Origin: Gammaproteobacteria bacterium
GTDB taxonomy: Bacteria; Pseudomonadota; Gammaproteobacteria; Eutrophobiales; Eutrophobiaceae
NCBI GenBank assembly: GCA_038922895.1
Contig: JBCKWF010000002.1
Span: forward strand, 1 to 43,052
DNA: 43,052 nucleotides
Direction: 5' to 3'
The notes beneath the pieces were generated by a model. It made no database searches. It saw only the letters and a list, made by a program, of their open reading frames with translations, and was not told the DNA's origin. Position numbers and translations under genes: made by a program. Positions 31,496 through 40,651 of the stretch are shown here, piece by piece. Position 1 is the first letter of the stretch. Each line of letters begins with the position of its first letter.

Positions 31496-32356
31496 ATGCT
31501 GGCCAGCATGACAGCTTTCGCCCGGGCTGAAACAACAGACAACCGGGGAAGTGCGATCCTGGAAATCAGGACAGTCAACCACCGCTACCTCGATATGTCG
31601 ATACGGCTGCCGGATGAGTTACGCGCGCTTGAGACCATGTTCCGTACAAACATCCAGGAACGACTCAGTCGCGGCAAGGTCGATTGCACCTTGCGGATTG
31701 ATACCAGCAATACAAATATGGCGGACTTGCCGCTAAACATTGAACTGGCGGCAAAACTGATCCAGGCAGCCAACAGCCTGCCAATTGAGCATCCGCAACC
31801 CGTAAATCCTCTGGATATTTTGCGCTGGCCTGGTGTTATCAATCGCGAACCTGTCGATATTGATGCGCTCAGCAAACAGATCCGGGGCTTGTTGACGAGA
31901 ACGCTGGATTCGCTGATCGAGACCAGGAACCGCGAAGGCACAAAAATCCGCGAGATGATACTGGATAGATGTGCCGGCATCGATATACAGATTGGCTTTA
32001 TAAGGCGCAGGTTGCCCGAAATCACAGCCGGCATTCGTGTACGCTATCAGCAGCGAGTAAAGGAACTTCTCGCAGAGCCGGATAATACGCGACTGGAACA
32101 GGAACTATTGTTGCTGGCCCAGAAAATGGATGTGTCAGAAGAACTGGACAGACTCGAGACACATGTGGCCGAGGTAAGACGGGTGCTGGACCAGAACGAA
32201 CCGATCGGCCGACGTCTGGATTTTTTGATGCAGGAAATGAACCGTGAAGCAAATACCTTGTCTTCAAAATCCGTACACTCTGATACAACCGGTGCATCGG
32301 TCGAACTGAAGGTACTAATCGAACAGATGCGTGAACAAATCCAGAATATAGAATAA
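31496..32356 (+). CDS. yicC: YicC-family stress-induced protein
   Basis: Track ORF trimmed to the ATG at 31496 (MLASMTAFARAE...EIRTVNHRYLD). C-terminal motif DFLMQEMNREANTLSSKS. Divergent from rph as in E. coli. A TATAAT hexamer at 31460-31465 is a possible -10. Confidence 0.9.
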   Translation: MLASMTAFARAETTDNRGSAILEIRTVNHRYLDMSIRLPDELRALETMFRTNIQERLSRGKVDCTLRIDTSNTNMADLPLNIELAAKLIQAANSLPIEHPQPVNPLDILRWPGVINREPVDIDALSKQIRGLLTRTLDSLIETRNREGTKIREMILDRCAGIDIQIGFIRRRLPEITAGIRVRYQQRVKELLAEPDNTRLEQELLLLAQKMDVSEELDRLETHVAEVRRVLDQNEPIGRRLDFLMQEMNREANTLSSKSVHSDTTGASVELKVLIEQMREQIQNIE

Positions 32357-32369
32357 CCCTGGCAAAAAA

Positions 32370-32999
32370 ATGACTACTAAAGCTGGCAACCTGTTTGTTA
32401 TCTCTGCACCTTCCGGGGCGGGCAAAACTTCACTGGTACGATCGCTAATCGAGATGATGCCGGTCCTATATGTTTCAATCTCGCATACAACCAGGCAGAG
32501 ACGACCCTACGAGAAAGACGGTATTGACTATCACTTTGTCGACCAGAAAAGCTTTTTGTCTCTGGTCAAGGCAGGCCAGTTCCTGGAATACGCCAAGGTA
32601 TTCGATCATTATTACGGGACTTCGCGGCCGTGGGTTGAAAAACAGATGTCTGAAGGCAAGGACATTATTCTGGAAATCGACTGGCAAGGCGCAGAACAGG
32701 TCAGGAAGCAGATTGCCAATACCGTGAATATATTCGTCCTGCCACCTTCATACAGTACTTTGGAGTCGCGCCTGGTCGGCCGGGGCGATAATTCAGAAAA
32801 CGTGGACAGGCGTATGCTGGAGGCCAGAAACGAGATAACTCATTACCGGGACTATGATTTTCTGGTGATAAATGACAAATTTGACGCGGCATTACAGGAG
32901 TTAATTACAATAATCCGTGCGATGAAACTTGGTTATCCGCAGCAAAAGGCCTATTACGACAAGTTTGTAAACCAGTTGTTGAACGAGGGCGAAAATTGA
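32370..32999 (+). CDS. gmk: guanylate kinase
   Basis: P-loop ISAPSGAGKTSL, SHTTRQRRPYEKDGIDYHFV, ILEIDWQGA. Confidence 0.95.
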   Translation: MTTKAGNLFVISAPSGAGKTSLVRSLIEMMPVLYVSISHTTRQRRPYEKDGIDYHFVDQKSFLSLVKAGQFLEYAKVFDHYYGTSRPWVEKQMSEGKDIILEIDWQGAEQVRKQIANTVNIFVLPPSYSTLESRLVGRGDNSENVDRRMLEARNEITHYRDYDFLVINDKFDAALQELITIIRAMKLGYPQQKAYYDKFVNQLLNEGEN

Positions 33000-33041
33000 G
33001 TAAAATACCCGCCCTACTACCCATATACCCGAGGATTAAAA

Positions 33042-33290
33042 ATGGCCAGATTAACTGTCGAAGATTGCATGAATAATGTCGACAATCGCTATGATCTGGT
33101 AATACTCGCCAGCAAACGTGCCCGCCAGCTTGCAATGGGAGCCGATGCCCTCGTGCCCGAGGACGGGGACAAGCCGACGGTCATTGCGCTACGTGAAATC
33201 GCCAATGGCCTGGTAACCAGCGAGAATGTTGAAAAATTGAGACCTGGCGCCCGCGACGACGCCGATCTTGGTTTTTTCCCACACAGCTAG
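33042..33290 (+). CDS. rpoZ: RNA polymerase omega subunit
   Basis: [30 protein letters not shown]. 82 aa. Lies between gmk and spoT. Confidence 0.95.
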   Translation: MARLTVEDCMNNVDNRYDLVILASKRARQLAMGADALVPEDGDKPTVIALREIANGLVTSENVEKLRPGARDDADLGFFPHS

Positions 33291-33299
33291 TCTGCAACC

Positions 33300-33329
33300 C
33301 GCCAACCATTCCATCAGGAATGGTTGGCG
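33300..33329 (+). other. 13-bp perfect hairpin between rpoZ and spoT
   Basis: CGCCAACCATTCC (33300-33312), loop ATCA, GGAATGGTTGGCG (33317-33329). No following T-run, so it is not a classical terminator. It may be an attenuator or a processing/stability element. Confidence 0.4.
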
Positions 33330-33400
33330 CGATTCACTTTAGGGCCGTAATCAGTCAAATCATGCCTGCAGCCTGTCCGCTGCTGCGTTACAATTAGTCC

Positions 33401-35521
33401 ATGATTAGCATCAGTGATCTTGAAAAACTCACACGCAGCTACCTGCCCGCAAACGAGGTAGCGATTATGCGTCGCGCCTATGAATTAGGTTCAAAAGCGC
33501 ATGAGGGTCAGCACCGTAAAAGCGGTGAACCCTATATACATCACCCACTGGAAGTCGCCCGTATTCTTTCGGACATGCACATGGATTACCAGACACTGTC
33601 TGCAGCCATCCTGCATGATGTGATTGAAGATACAGACACCGCCAAGGCAGAAATCAGCAAACTGTTCGGCAAGGAAATCGCGGAACTGGTAGATGGCGTC
33701 AGCAAACTGACCCGGATTGAATTTGACAGTCATGCCGAGGCCCAGGCACAGAATTTCCAGAAAATGCTGATGGCCATGAGTCAGGATATCCGGGTCATAC
33801 TCGTGAAACTGGCAGATCGCCTGCATAATATGCGTACGCTGGGTGCACTGCATCCGGACAAACGGCGGCGCATTGCGCGTGAAACTCTGGAGATATATGC
33901 ACCGATAGCGCAACGCCTCGGTATTAATAATATCCGCCTCGAACTGGAAGAACTCGGTTTCATGACACTGTATCCGCTGCGGTATCGCATACTCGAAAAA
34001 CAGGTAGTGAAGGCCCGGGGCAACCGTAAAGAAGTCATCAACAAAATCAGAAATGCACTGAAACGCAGGCTGCGTCAGGAAAAGATCCATACGCGGATCC
34101 TCGGCCGGGAAAAACATCTTTACGGTATCTATCTGAAGATGAAAAAAAACAGGCTCTCATTTAACGAAGTCTATGATGTTTATGCCTATCGCCTGATCGT
34201 GGACAGTGTCGAGACATGTTACCGTGTACTCGGGACAGTACATAACCTGTACAAGCCTGTACCCGGCAGGTTCAAGGACTACATTGCCATACCGAAAGCC
34301 AATGGATACCAGTCATTGCACACTGTGCTGTTCGGACCGTTCGGCGTCCCAATCGAGGTCCAGATCCGCACGAATGAAATGAATGATGTGGCGGAGGCCG
34401 GCATTGCCGCTCACTGGCTATATAAAACTGGCAGTTCAAATGAACACAAGACTGCCCAGAAGCGCGCGAGGGAATGGCTGAAAAATATCATCGATATGCA
34501 AACTACCGCAGGCAACTCGCAGGAGTTCCTCGAGAACGTCAAGGTCGATTTATTTCCGGACTCGGTATATATCTTTACCCCGAAAGGTAAGATCGTTGAA
34601 CTGCCTAAAGGCTCGACTGCTGTCGACTTTGCCTATGCGATCCATACCGATGTCGGTAACCGCTGCGTGGGGGCCCGTATCAACAGAAGACTAGCACCAC
34701 TCGGCACACTGCTGATCAGTGGCCAGACTGTCGAAATCATCAATGCACCCGGTGCCAGACCCGACCCGGCCTGGCTGAATTTTGCCGTCACTGCAAAGGC
34801 ACGATCGACTATCAGGCATTACCTGAAAAATCTGAAAACCAGTGAAGCAATCTCATTGGGTAGACGCCTGCTGATTCGGGAGCTGAAAGTATTCTCCATT
34901 AAATATGATGATATTGATCCACTACGCATGCAAAAAGTCCTGGCTGAATATCATCTGGAAAACGAACAGGCCTTGTTAAAGGATGTGGGCCTGGGTAACA
35001 GGATTGCCAGACTGATTGCCCGTCAACTGATTGAAAACCCGGACTCCGGGGACAAGCAGGCAAAAACGGAAAGAAATGACAATTATCCGCTGTTGATCCG
35101 GGGCACAGAAGGAATGGTCGTCAATTTTCCCAAATGCTGCCTGCCGATACCCGGAGACAAGATACTCGGGTTTGTAACGGCTGGACGCGGGATTGTGATC
35201 CATCATCAGTCGTGTCCGAACGTGACGGAATTCCGTAATCATCCGGAAAAGTGGATTAATGTACAATGGGGATCCGGAATAGCCGGCAGTTTCCAGACCA
35301 ATATCACGATTGATGTGACCAATCAGCGCGGCGTGCTTGCGAAACTCGCATCGGCCATTTCCGAGGAACAGGCAAACATCGTGCATGTGGAAATGAAAGA
35401 CCGGGACGACAGATATACCACACTGAAATTTGTCATTGAGGTCAGGGACAGGATCCATCTGGCCAGGATTTTGCGTAAGGTCCGTAATATCAATAATGTC
35501 GCAAAAATATCCAGACGCTGA
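33401..35521 (+). CDS. spoT: bifunctional (p)ppGpp synthetase/hydrolase SpoT
   Basis: HD hydrolase motifs HRKSGEPYIHHPLEVA and HDVIEDT. Synthetase motif RFKDYIAIPKANGYQSLHT. TGS (IFTPKGKIVELPKGSTAVDFAY) and a C-terminal ACT-like region. Follows rpoZ. Confidence 0.93.
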   Translation: MISISDLEKLTRSYLPANEVAIMRRAYELGSKAHEGQHRKSGEPYIHHPLEVARILSDMHMDYQTLSAAILHDVIEDTDTAKAEISKLFGKEIAELVDGVSKLTRIEFDSHAEAQAQNFQKMLMAMSQDIRVILVKLADRLHNMRTLGALHPDKRRRIARETLEIYAPIAQRLGINNIRLELEELGFMTLYPLRYRILEKQVVKARGNRKEVINKIRNALKRRLRQEKIHTRILGREKHLYGIYLKMKKNRLSFNEVYDVYAYRLIVDSVETCYRVLGTVHNLYKPVPGRFKDYIAIPKANGYQSLHTVLFGPFGVPIEVQIRTNEMNDVAEAGIAAHWLYKTGSSNEHKTAQKRAREWLKNIIDMQTTAGNSQEFLENVKVDLFPDSVYIFTPKGKIVELPKGSTAVDFAYAIHTDVGNRCVGARINRRLAPLGTLLISGQTVEIINAPGARPDPAWLNFAVTAKARSTIRHYLKNLKTSEAISLGRRLLIRELKVFSIKYDDIDPLRMQKVLAEYHLENEQALLKDVGLGNRIARLIARQLIENPDSGDKQAKTERNDNYPLLIRGTEGMVVNFPKCCLPIPGDKILGFVTAGRGIVIHHQSCPNVTEFRNHPEKWINVQWGSGIAGSFQTNITIDVTNQRGVLAKLASAISEEQANIVHVEMKDRDDRYTTLKFVIEVRDRIHLARILRKVRNINNVAKISRR

Positions 35522-35551
35522 CCAGTCCCGTATAATAACTACAGGAATACC

Positions 35552-35956
35552 ATGACTCGCAAGATAATTACAAGTAACCAGGCCCCACGCGCTATAGGTA
35601 CCTATTCGCAGGCAATCAGGGCGGGAAATACAGTCTGGCTGTCCGGACAGATACCGCTGGATCCCGCCAGCGGAGAAATAGTCAGTGAGCAAATCCACGC
35701 ACAGGTACGGCAGGTATTTGCCAATCTCTCCGCCGTTGCAGCCGCCGCAGGCGGATCCCTTGCCGATGTGGTCAAGCTGAATGTCTATCTGACGGACCTC
35801 GGCAACTTTTCTGTTGTCAATGAAGTAATGGCAGAGTTGTTTCAGCAAGCTTATCCTGCACGAGCGGTTATCGGTATCTCCAGTCTGCCCAAAGGCGCCA
35901 AGGTAGAAATTGACGGTGTCCTCTATCTAGAACCTATCTCAACACGCTGCGACTAA
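35552..35956 (+). CDS. ridA: RidA (YjgF/TdcF) family enamine/imine deaminase
   Basis: APRAIGTYSQAIRAGNTVWLSGQIPLDP, NVYLTDL, PARAVIGISSLPKGAKVEID. Confidence 0.9.
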   Translation: MTRKIITSNQAPRAIGTYSQAIRAGNTVWLSGQIPLDPASGEIVSEQIHAQVRQVFANLSAVAAAAGGSLADVVKLNVYLTDLGNFSVVNEVMAELFQQAYPARAVIGISSLPKGAKVEIDGVLYLEPISTRCD

Positions 35957-36000
35957 TTAATGATACTGTGTTAATAGTGAACTCGAAAATGCGTGGCTGC

Positions 36001-36302
36001 GAAGCGGCAAACTGTCGTGTAAACTCCGCTTCTTACTTCGGGCGTCCTCGAAAGCTGTTCCAGACGCTTTTCTACCTCCTCCATCCCTGGAGTCGTGCTT
36101 CGCTCTCGGTCTCTGTTCGAAAACTTGTTCCGGACGTTTTCTACCGCCTACATCCGTGTAGGCGTCCAGACTCGACCCTACCGATTCCATCCATGGAATC
36201 GTACCGCCTGCATCCATGCAGGCGTCCGCTTCATCGTCCATTTTTGCCTTGTCTGACCGCCATGGATGGCGGAAATGCAGTAGGATTGCCAGGAGCAATC
36301 CT
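36001..36302. repeat. array of seven palindromic (REP-like) hairpins, five sharing a CATCC(N)TG core
   Basis: Perfect stems: 36001-36032 (GAAGCGG/CCGCTTC), 36079-36092 (CTCCA tccc TGGAG), 36145-36164 (CGCCTACA tccg TGTAGGCG), 36182-36201 (CGATTCCAT cc ATGGAATCG), 36205-36224 (CGCCTGCAT cc ATGCAGGCG), 36257-36272 (CCGCCAT gg ATGGCGG), 36282-36302 (AGGATTGC cagga GCAATCCT). Four units start with (C/G)TACC. Two ~69-nt direct repeats start at 36048 and 36117 (TCGAAA(G/A)C.TGTTCC(A/G)GACG.TTTTCTACC). Confidence 0.7.
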
Positions 36303-36364
36303 GGCCGCCTGCGCTCGCTTGATTTTGAGATAGGTTCTGGAAGCTTGAGCTGTATTATCGCGTA

Positions 36365-38458
36365 ATGCGTGCTGCCCAGCATCTTATTTCCCCGGTGACC
36401 GCGCTTGCCGGTGTCGGGCCAGGTCTGGAAACCCGTTTACACAATCTCGGTATCAGAACAATACAGGATCTGTTGCTGCATCTTCCCTCCCGGTATGTTG
36501 ACCGGACCCGCATCGTAGCTGTACACAGCCTGCTGCCCGGACAGGAAGTCTGTATCCAGGGCAAGGTTGAACTGACCCAGATCAAATACGGCAGAAAACG
36601 CTCATTGCTGTGCCTGCTGAATGATGGAACAGGTATACTCAGTTTGCGGTTTTTTCATTTCAGCCAGTCCCAGCGTGCCGGTCTGAAAGACGGGACGCTG
36701 TTGCGCTGTTGGGGCCAGATCAGGGCCGGAAGCAACGGTCTCGAAATGATACACCCGGAATATCAGTTTATCAGCGCGAATGCACAGGACACACTCGAAA
36801 AAACCCTGACCCCGATATACCCGGCCACCGAAGGACTCGCCCAGACCCGGTTACGCAAACTGGCCGGACAGGCCCTGGCCGTACTTGAACGTAATCCAGC
36901 CGTACTGGAAGAATTAATCCCCGCGGAGATTACTACAAGTCAGCGCATGCCTCTGTTGCGTGACTCGCTACGGTTCCTGCACAACCCGCCTGCCGATGCC
37001 GATGTGGAATTACTCAGGGCAGGCCTGCATCCGGCACAACAACGCCTGATATATGAAGAACTGCTCGCACACCAGATCAGTCTGCGACAATTACGCCGGC
37101 AGATACAACAAGCAAGTGCCTGCAGCCTGCGACATACCAGTCATACGCCGGCTGATACATTTCTGCATAACCTGCCCTTCAAATTGACCAATGCGCAGAA
37201 CCGGGTACTGGATGAAATCAATCAGGATCTGGACAAGGATGTGCCAATGCTCAGGTTGATTCAGGGTGATGTCGGATCCGGTAAAACCGTAATCGCTGCG
37301 CTCAGTGCTATCCGGGTGATTACCGCAGGCTTTCAGGTTGCCATAATGGCACCAACGGAATTACTTGCAGATCAGCATTACTACAACCTGCAACAATGGC
37401 TGTCCAGACTTGATCTTACTGTCGTGCTGCTTACCGGCAAACTGAAGGCCGGGATACGTAAAAAGACCAACGAACTGATCGCCTCCGGCAAGCCGTTGCT
37501 GGTGGTCGGTACGCATGCGCTGTTTCAGGAGGGCACGGATTTTGGCAAGCTGGGCCTGGTCATCATTGATGAACAACACCGTTTTGGCGTGCATCAACGC
37601 CTGTCACTGATGGAAAAAGGCAATAATGATAATCACAGACCACACCAACTGGTCATGACTGCGACCCCGATTCCGCGTACGCTGGCGATGTCATTGTTTG
37701 CTGAACTGGATGTTTCCACGATTGATGAGTTGCCCCCTGGCAGACAAACTATCACGACTGTGGTCCTTTCCAACCAGAAACGTGACGAAATCACCGAACG
37801 GATTACCCGGGTCTGCAACCAAGGCCGCCAGGTATACTGGGTCTGCCCGTTGATTGAGGAATCGGACGTGCTGCAGCACCAGGCCGCCGTCAAAACCTTT
37901 GAATATCTTGGCGAAATGCTTCCGCACCTGACGACAGGACTGATCCACGGCCGCTTGCGCAGTCAGGAAAAGCAACAGGTAATGCAATCGTTCAAGGACG
38001 GCAGGATCAATCTGCTGGTTGCAACCACCGTCATAGAAGTCGGTGTCGACGTACCCAATGCCAGCCTGATGGTGATCGAAAACCCGGAACGGATGGGACT
38101 GGCCCAATTGCATCAACTGCGCGGACGGGTCGGACGCGGCAAGGCCAAAAGTGTCTGTGTATTATTATACCAGTCGCCCCTGTCAGAGCAGGCGCGGGCC
38201 CGACTTGAAGTCATGCGCAATCATACCGACGGTTTTATCATTGCAGAAAAGGACCTGGAACTGAGAGGGCCTGGCGATTTACTCGGGACCCGCCAGACCG
38301 GATTGCCACAAATGCGCATTGCCAATCTGATCCGGGATGCACGATTTCTGCCGGGTATCCGCAGAATTGCTGATAAAATGCTCAGGGACAATCCGGGACA
38401 ATCCAAAAAACTGATGAACAGATGGTTGTCAAACCGTATCGAGTATGGGAACGTATAG
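36365..38458 (+). CDS. recG: ATP-dependent DNA helicase RecG
   Basis: Wedge-domain N-terminus, Walker A GDVGSGKT, DEQH box VIIDEQHRFGV, TATPIPRT, QLHQLRGRVGRG. Confidence 0.95.
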   Translation: MRAAQHLISPVTALAGVGPGLETRLHNLGIRTIQDLLLHLPSRYVDRTRIVAVHSLLPGQEVCIQGKVELTQIKYGRKRSLLCLLNDGTGILSLRFFHFSQSQRAGLKDGTLLRCWGQIRAGSNGLEMIHPEYQFISANAQDTLEKTLTPIYPATEGLAQTRLRKLAGQALAVLERNPAVLEELIPAEITTSQRMPLLRDSLRFLHNPPADADVELLRAGLHPAQQRLIYEELLAHQISLRQLRRQIQQASACSLRHTSHTPADTFLHNLPFKLTNAQNRVLDEINQDLDKDVPMLRLIQGDVGSGKTVIAALSAIRVITAGFQVAIMAPTELLADQHYYNLQQWLSRLDLTVVLLTGKLKAGIRKKTNELIASGKPLLVVGTHALFQEGTDFGKLGLVIIDEQHRFGVHQRLSLMEKGNNDNHRPHQLVMTATPIPRTLAMSLFAELDVSTIDELPPGRQTITTVVLSNQKRDEITERITRVCNQGRQVYWVCPLIEESDVLQHQAAVKTFEYLGEMLPHLTTGLIHGRLRSQEKQQVMQSFKDGRINLLVATTVIEVGVDVPNASLMVIENPERMGLAQLHQLRGRVGRGKAKSVCVLLYQSPLSEQARARLEVMRNHTDGFIIAEKDLELRGPGDLLGTRQTGLPQMRIANLIRDARFLPGIRRIADKMLRDNPGQSKKLMNRWLSNRIEYGNV

Positions 38459-38729
38459 ACAGGACATGCCGCTGACAGCAATGCTGAATAATATTAAAGA
38501 CAAGGTCCCATTGCAGTTATTGCGCACCTGCTATCTGAATGCCCTTTCCCTGCTTGACAAAATATTCAAAACCACGAAAAATCATGCAGGGATCCTGGCC
38601 GGCAAATTACAACAATGGATCGCCACCAACTGGCCTGTGATAAGGCAACGCTTGTTATTGTATTCCCGTCAGTTGCATACCTTTTTGCTCGAGCTTGCAG
38701 ACAAGACGCTAATACTGTTCCGGAAATGC

Positions 38730-39623
38730 ATGCAGGAGTTGCGGGCCTGGATTTCACAATACTGGCCGGCGGTCAGAAAACGCCCGTTACTTTATGTCAA
38801 TCTGACCCGGCTGGACAAACCTGTCGGGATATTGCTGCTGTTATGGCCGACCCTGTGGGCGGTCTGGATTGCGGCAGAAGGACACCCGACATTGCACCTG
38901 TTCCTGGTTTTCACACTGGGAGTCATACTGACACGATCCGCAGGTTGCGTATTTAATGATATGGCGGACCGCAAATACGATGTGCATGTCAGGCGCACTT
39001 CACAGCGTCCGCTGGCTACCGGGATTATCAAGCCAACCGAGGCACTGCTGGTCGCTTGCGTATTATTACTTGCAGCATTTCTGCTGGTATTGACTACAAA
39101 TCAGTTTACTGTGTTGCTGTCATTTGTTGCCATTCCTCTGGCAGTAATCTACCCGTTAATGAAACGTTATACCTACATACCGCAATTCTTCCTAGGCCTC
39201 GCATTCAGCTGGGGTATACCGATGGCATTCGCAGCACAGACAGGTTCCATTCCGAATATTGCCTGGTTATTGTTTATTGCAAATATACTCTGGAGCGTTA
39301 TCTACGATACCATCTATGCGATGGTTGACAGGGAAGACGATCTCAAGGTCGGCATAAAATCAACTGCGATTTTATTTGATGACGCGGACACATTGATAAT
39401 CGGTATCCTGCAAACGATGTTGCTGGCCGTATTGATCATCATTGGCATACAAATCAAGGCGGAAATGCCTTATTATAGTTTTCTGGTTCCGGCTGCGGCA
39501 CTGATGATTTATCACCAGTATTTAATCAGGCACAGGACTCCGGAAGGATGTTTCAAGGCGTTTCTCAACAATCACTGGGTTGGACTAACTATATATGCGG
39601 GGATATGTTTAAATTATTTATGA
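38730..39623 (+). CDS. ubiA: 4-hydroxybenzoate polyprenyltransferase UbiA
   Basis: LTRLDKPVGILLLLWPTLWAVWIA, NDMADRKYD, YDTIYAMVDREDD. The open frame extends upstream to 38445. I chose the ATG at 38730 because it gives an N-terminus collinear with E. coli UbiA. See the finding on the upstream duplication. Confidence 0.85.
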   Translation: MQELRAWISQYWPAVRKRPLLYVNLTRLDKPVGILLLLWPTLWAVWIAAEGHPTLHLFLVFTLGVILTRSAGCVFNDMADRKYDVHVRRTSQRPLATGIIKPTEALLVACVLLLAAFLLVLTTNQFTVLLSFVAIPLAVIYPLMKRYTYIPQFFLGLAFSWGIPMAFAAQTGSIPNIAWLLFIANILWSVIYDTIYAMVDREDDLKVGIKSTAILFDDADTLIIGILQTMLLAVLIIIGIQIKAEMPYYSFLVPAAALMIYHQYLIRHRTPEGCFKAFLNNHWVGLTIYAGICLNYL

Positions 39624-40651
39624 CTACTGCCAGACAATCCATTATTGCTTACCTGTTGCTGCTGTCATTGCTGTTACCCCCTGTAATTTCGGCCCAAACA
39701 GACGAGCAGGCCGCTGCCCCGGTGGAATCCTCTGATGTAAAGGAACCCGCGGCGGAATCTATCAGCAGCGAACAGCCTGTAACAACCAGCGGCGCCACCG
39801 ACAATGAAACTATCCCTATGCAGGCCGATGTCCCGGCCCGGCTTGATGGCAATCAATCTATAGATACTCTATGCCGCAAAATCGACGACAAGCTCGGCAG
39901 TGTCAGTTACGACGAATGTATTACACTTGACCTCAATCTGACCGGCGCTGCCTCCGCTACCAATACTCCTATCCTGTTCAAGGAATATGCCCCTCTCGCC
40001 AACAAAATCCCGCAAGGCAGGGTCCTGCTGCTGGGCGGAGTACATGGAGATGAATATTCATCTGTCAGTATCGTATTCAAATGGTTGCACACTCTGGACC
40101 AGTTTCACTCCGGCCTGTTTCACTGGCATATCGTCCCTCTGGTCAACCCTGATGGCCTGCTAATGGAGAAGTCGACCCGTACCAATGCGAACGGTGTAGA
40201 CATAAACCGGAATTTTCCTACACCGGACTGGAATGAAACCGCGCTGAAATACTGGACAGACAAGACAGACAGCAATCCAAGACATTATCCGGGAGCGGAT
40301 GCTGCCAGTGAACCTGAGACAGCATGGCTGGTGGATGAAATAGAAAAGTTTGACCCCGATGTGATCGTCTCGGTCCATGCCCCTCATGGTGTTGTGGATT
40401 ATGATGGTCCCCAGGGTGGTCCCTACAAACTGGGACGTTTATACCTGAACCTGCTGGGAACGTTTCCGGGTTCGCTCGGTAATTATGCAGGGATTCAGAA
40501 AGACATTCCGGTTGTAACGATAGAACTACCCTACGCGGGAATTATGCCCTCACCTGCTGAAGTATCTGATATCTGGCGGGACCTGGTCAGATGGCTTACG
40601 CGCAACGTACCCGCACAGGAAACAGTTGCTCAGGAAACCGATCCCTCATAG
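39620..40651 (+). CDS. secreted M14-family zinc carboxypeptidase/amidase (MpaA-like)
   Basis: ATG overlaps the ubiA stop (ATGA). Signal peptide IIAYLLLLSLLLPPVISAQT. Zinc and catalytic motifs GGVHGDEYSS, VNPDG, NANGVDINRNFP, SVHAPHG. Confidence 0.8.
   Translation: MTTARQSIIAYLLLLSLLLPPVISAQTDEQAAAPVESSDVKEPAAESISSEQPVTTSGATDNETIPMQADVPARLDGNQSIDTLCRKIDDKLGSVSYDECITLDLNLTGAASATNTPILFKEYAPLANKIPQGRVLLLGGVHGDEYSSVSIVFKWLHTLDQFHSGLFHWHIVPLVNPDGLLMEKSTRTNANGVDINRNFPTPDWNETALKYWTDKTDSNPRHYPGADAASEPETAWLVDEIEKFDPDVIVSVHAPHGVVDYDGPQGGPYKLGRLYLNLLGTFPGSLGNYAGIQKDIPVVTIELPYAGIMPSPAEVSDIWRDLVRWLTRNVPAQETVAQETDPS

Noticed and set aside
34976-35848. 290-aa minus-strand ORF spanning the spoT end and ridA
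   Set aside because: It crosses the spoT-ridA intergenic gap and opposes two strongly supported genes. No motifs.
36001-36302. Possibility that the hairpin array is a CRISPR array
   Set aside because: The units differ in stem sequence and length, and the spacing is irregular (about 14 to 69 nt). There are no uniform unique spacers, and no cas genes are in the window.
35957-36382. 141-aa minus-strand and 121-aa plus-strand ORFs covering the ridA-recG spacer
   Set aside because: Both strands are open only because the region consists of GC-rich palindromes. The peptide repeats (FYLLHPWSR, FYRLHPCRRP, SYRLHPCRRP) simply mirror the DNA hairpin repeats. There is no ribosome-binding site. I treat the region as non-coding.
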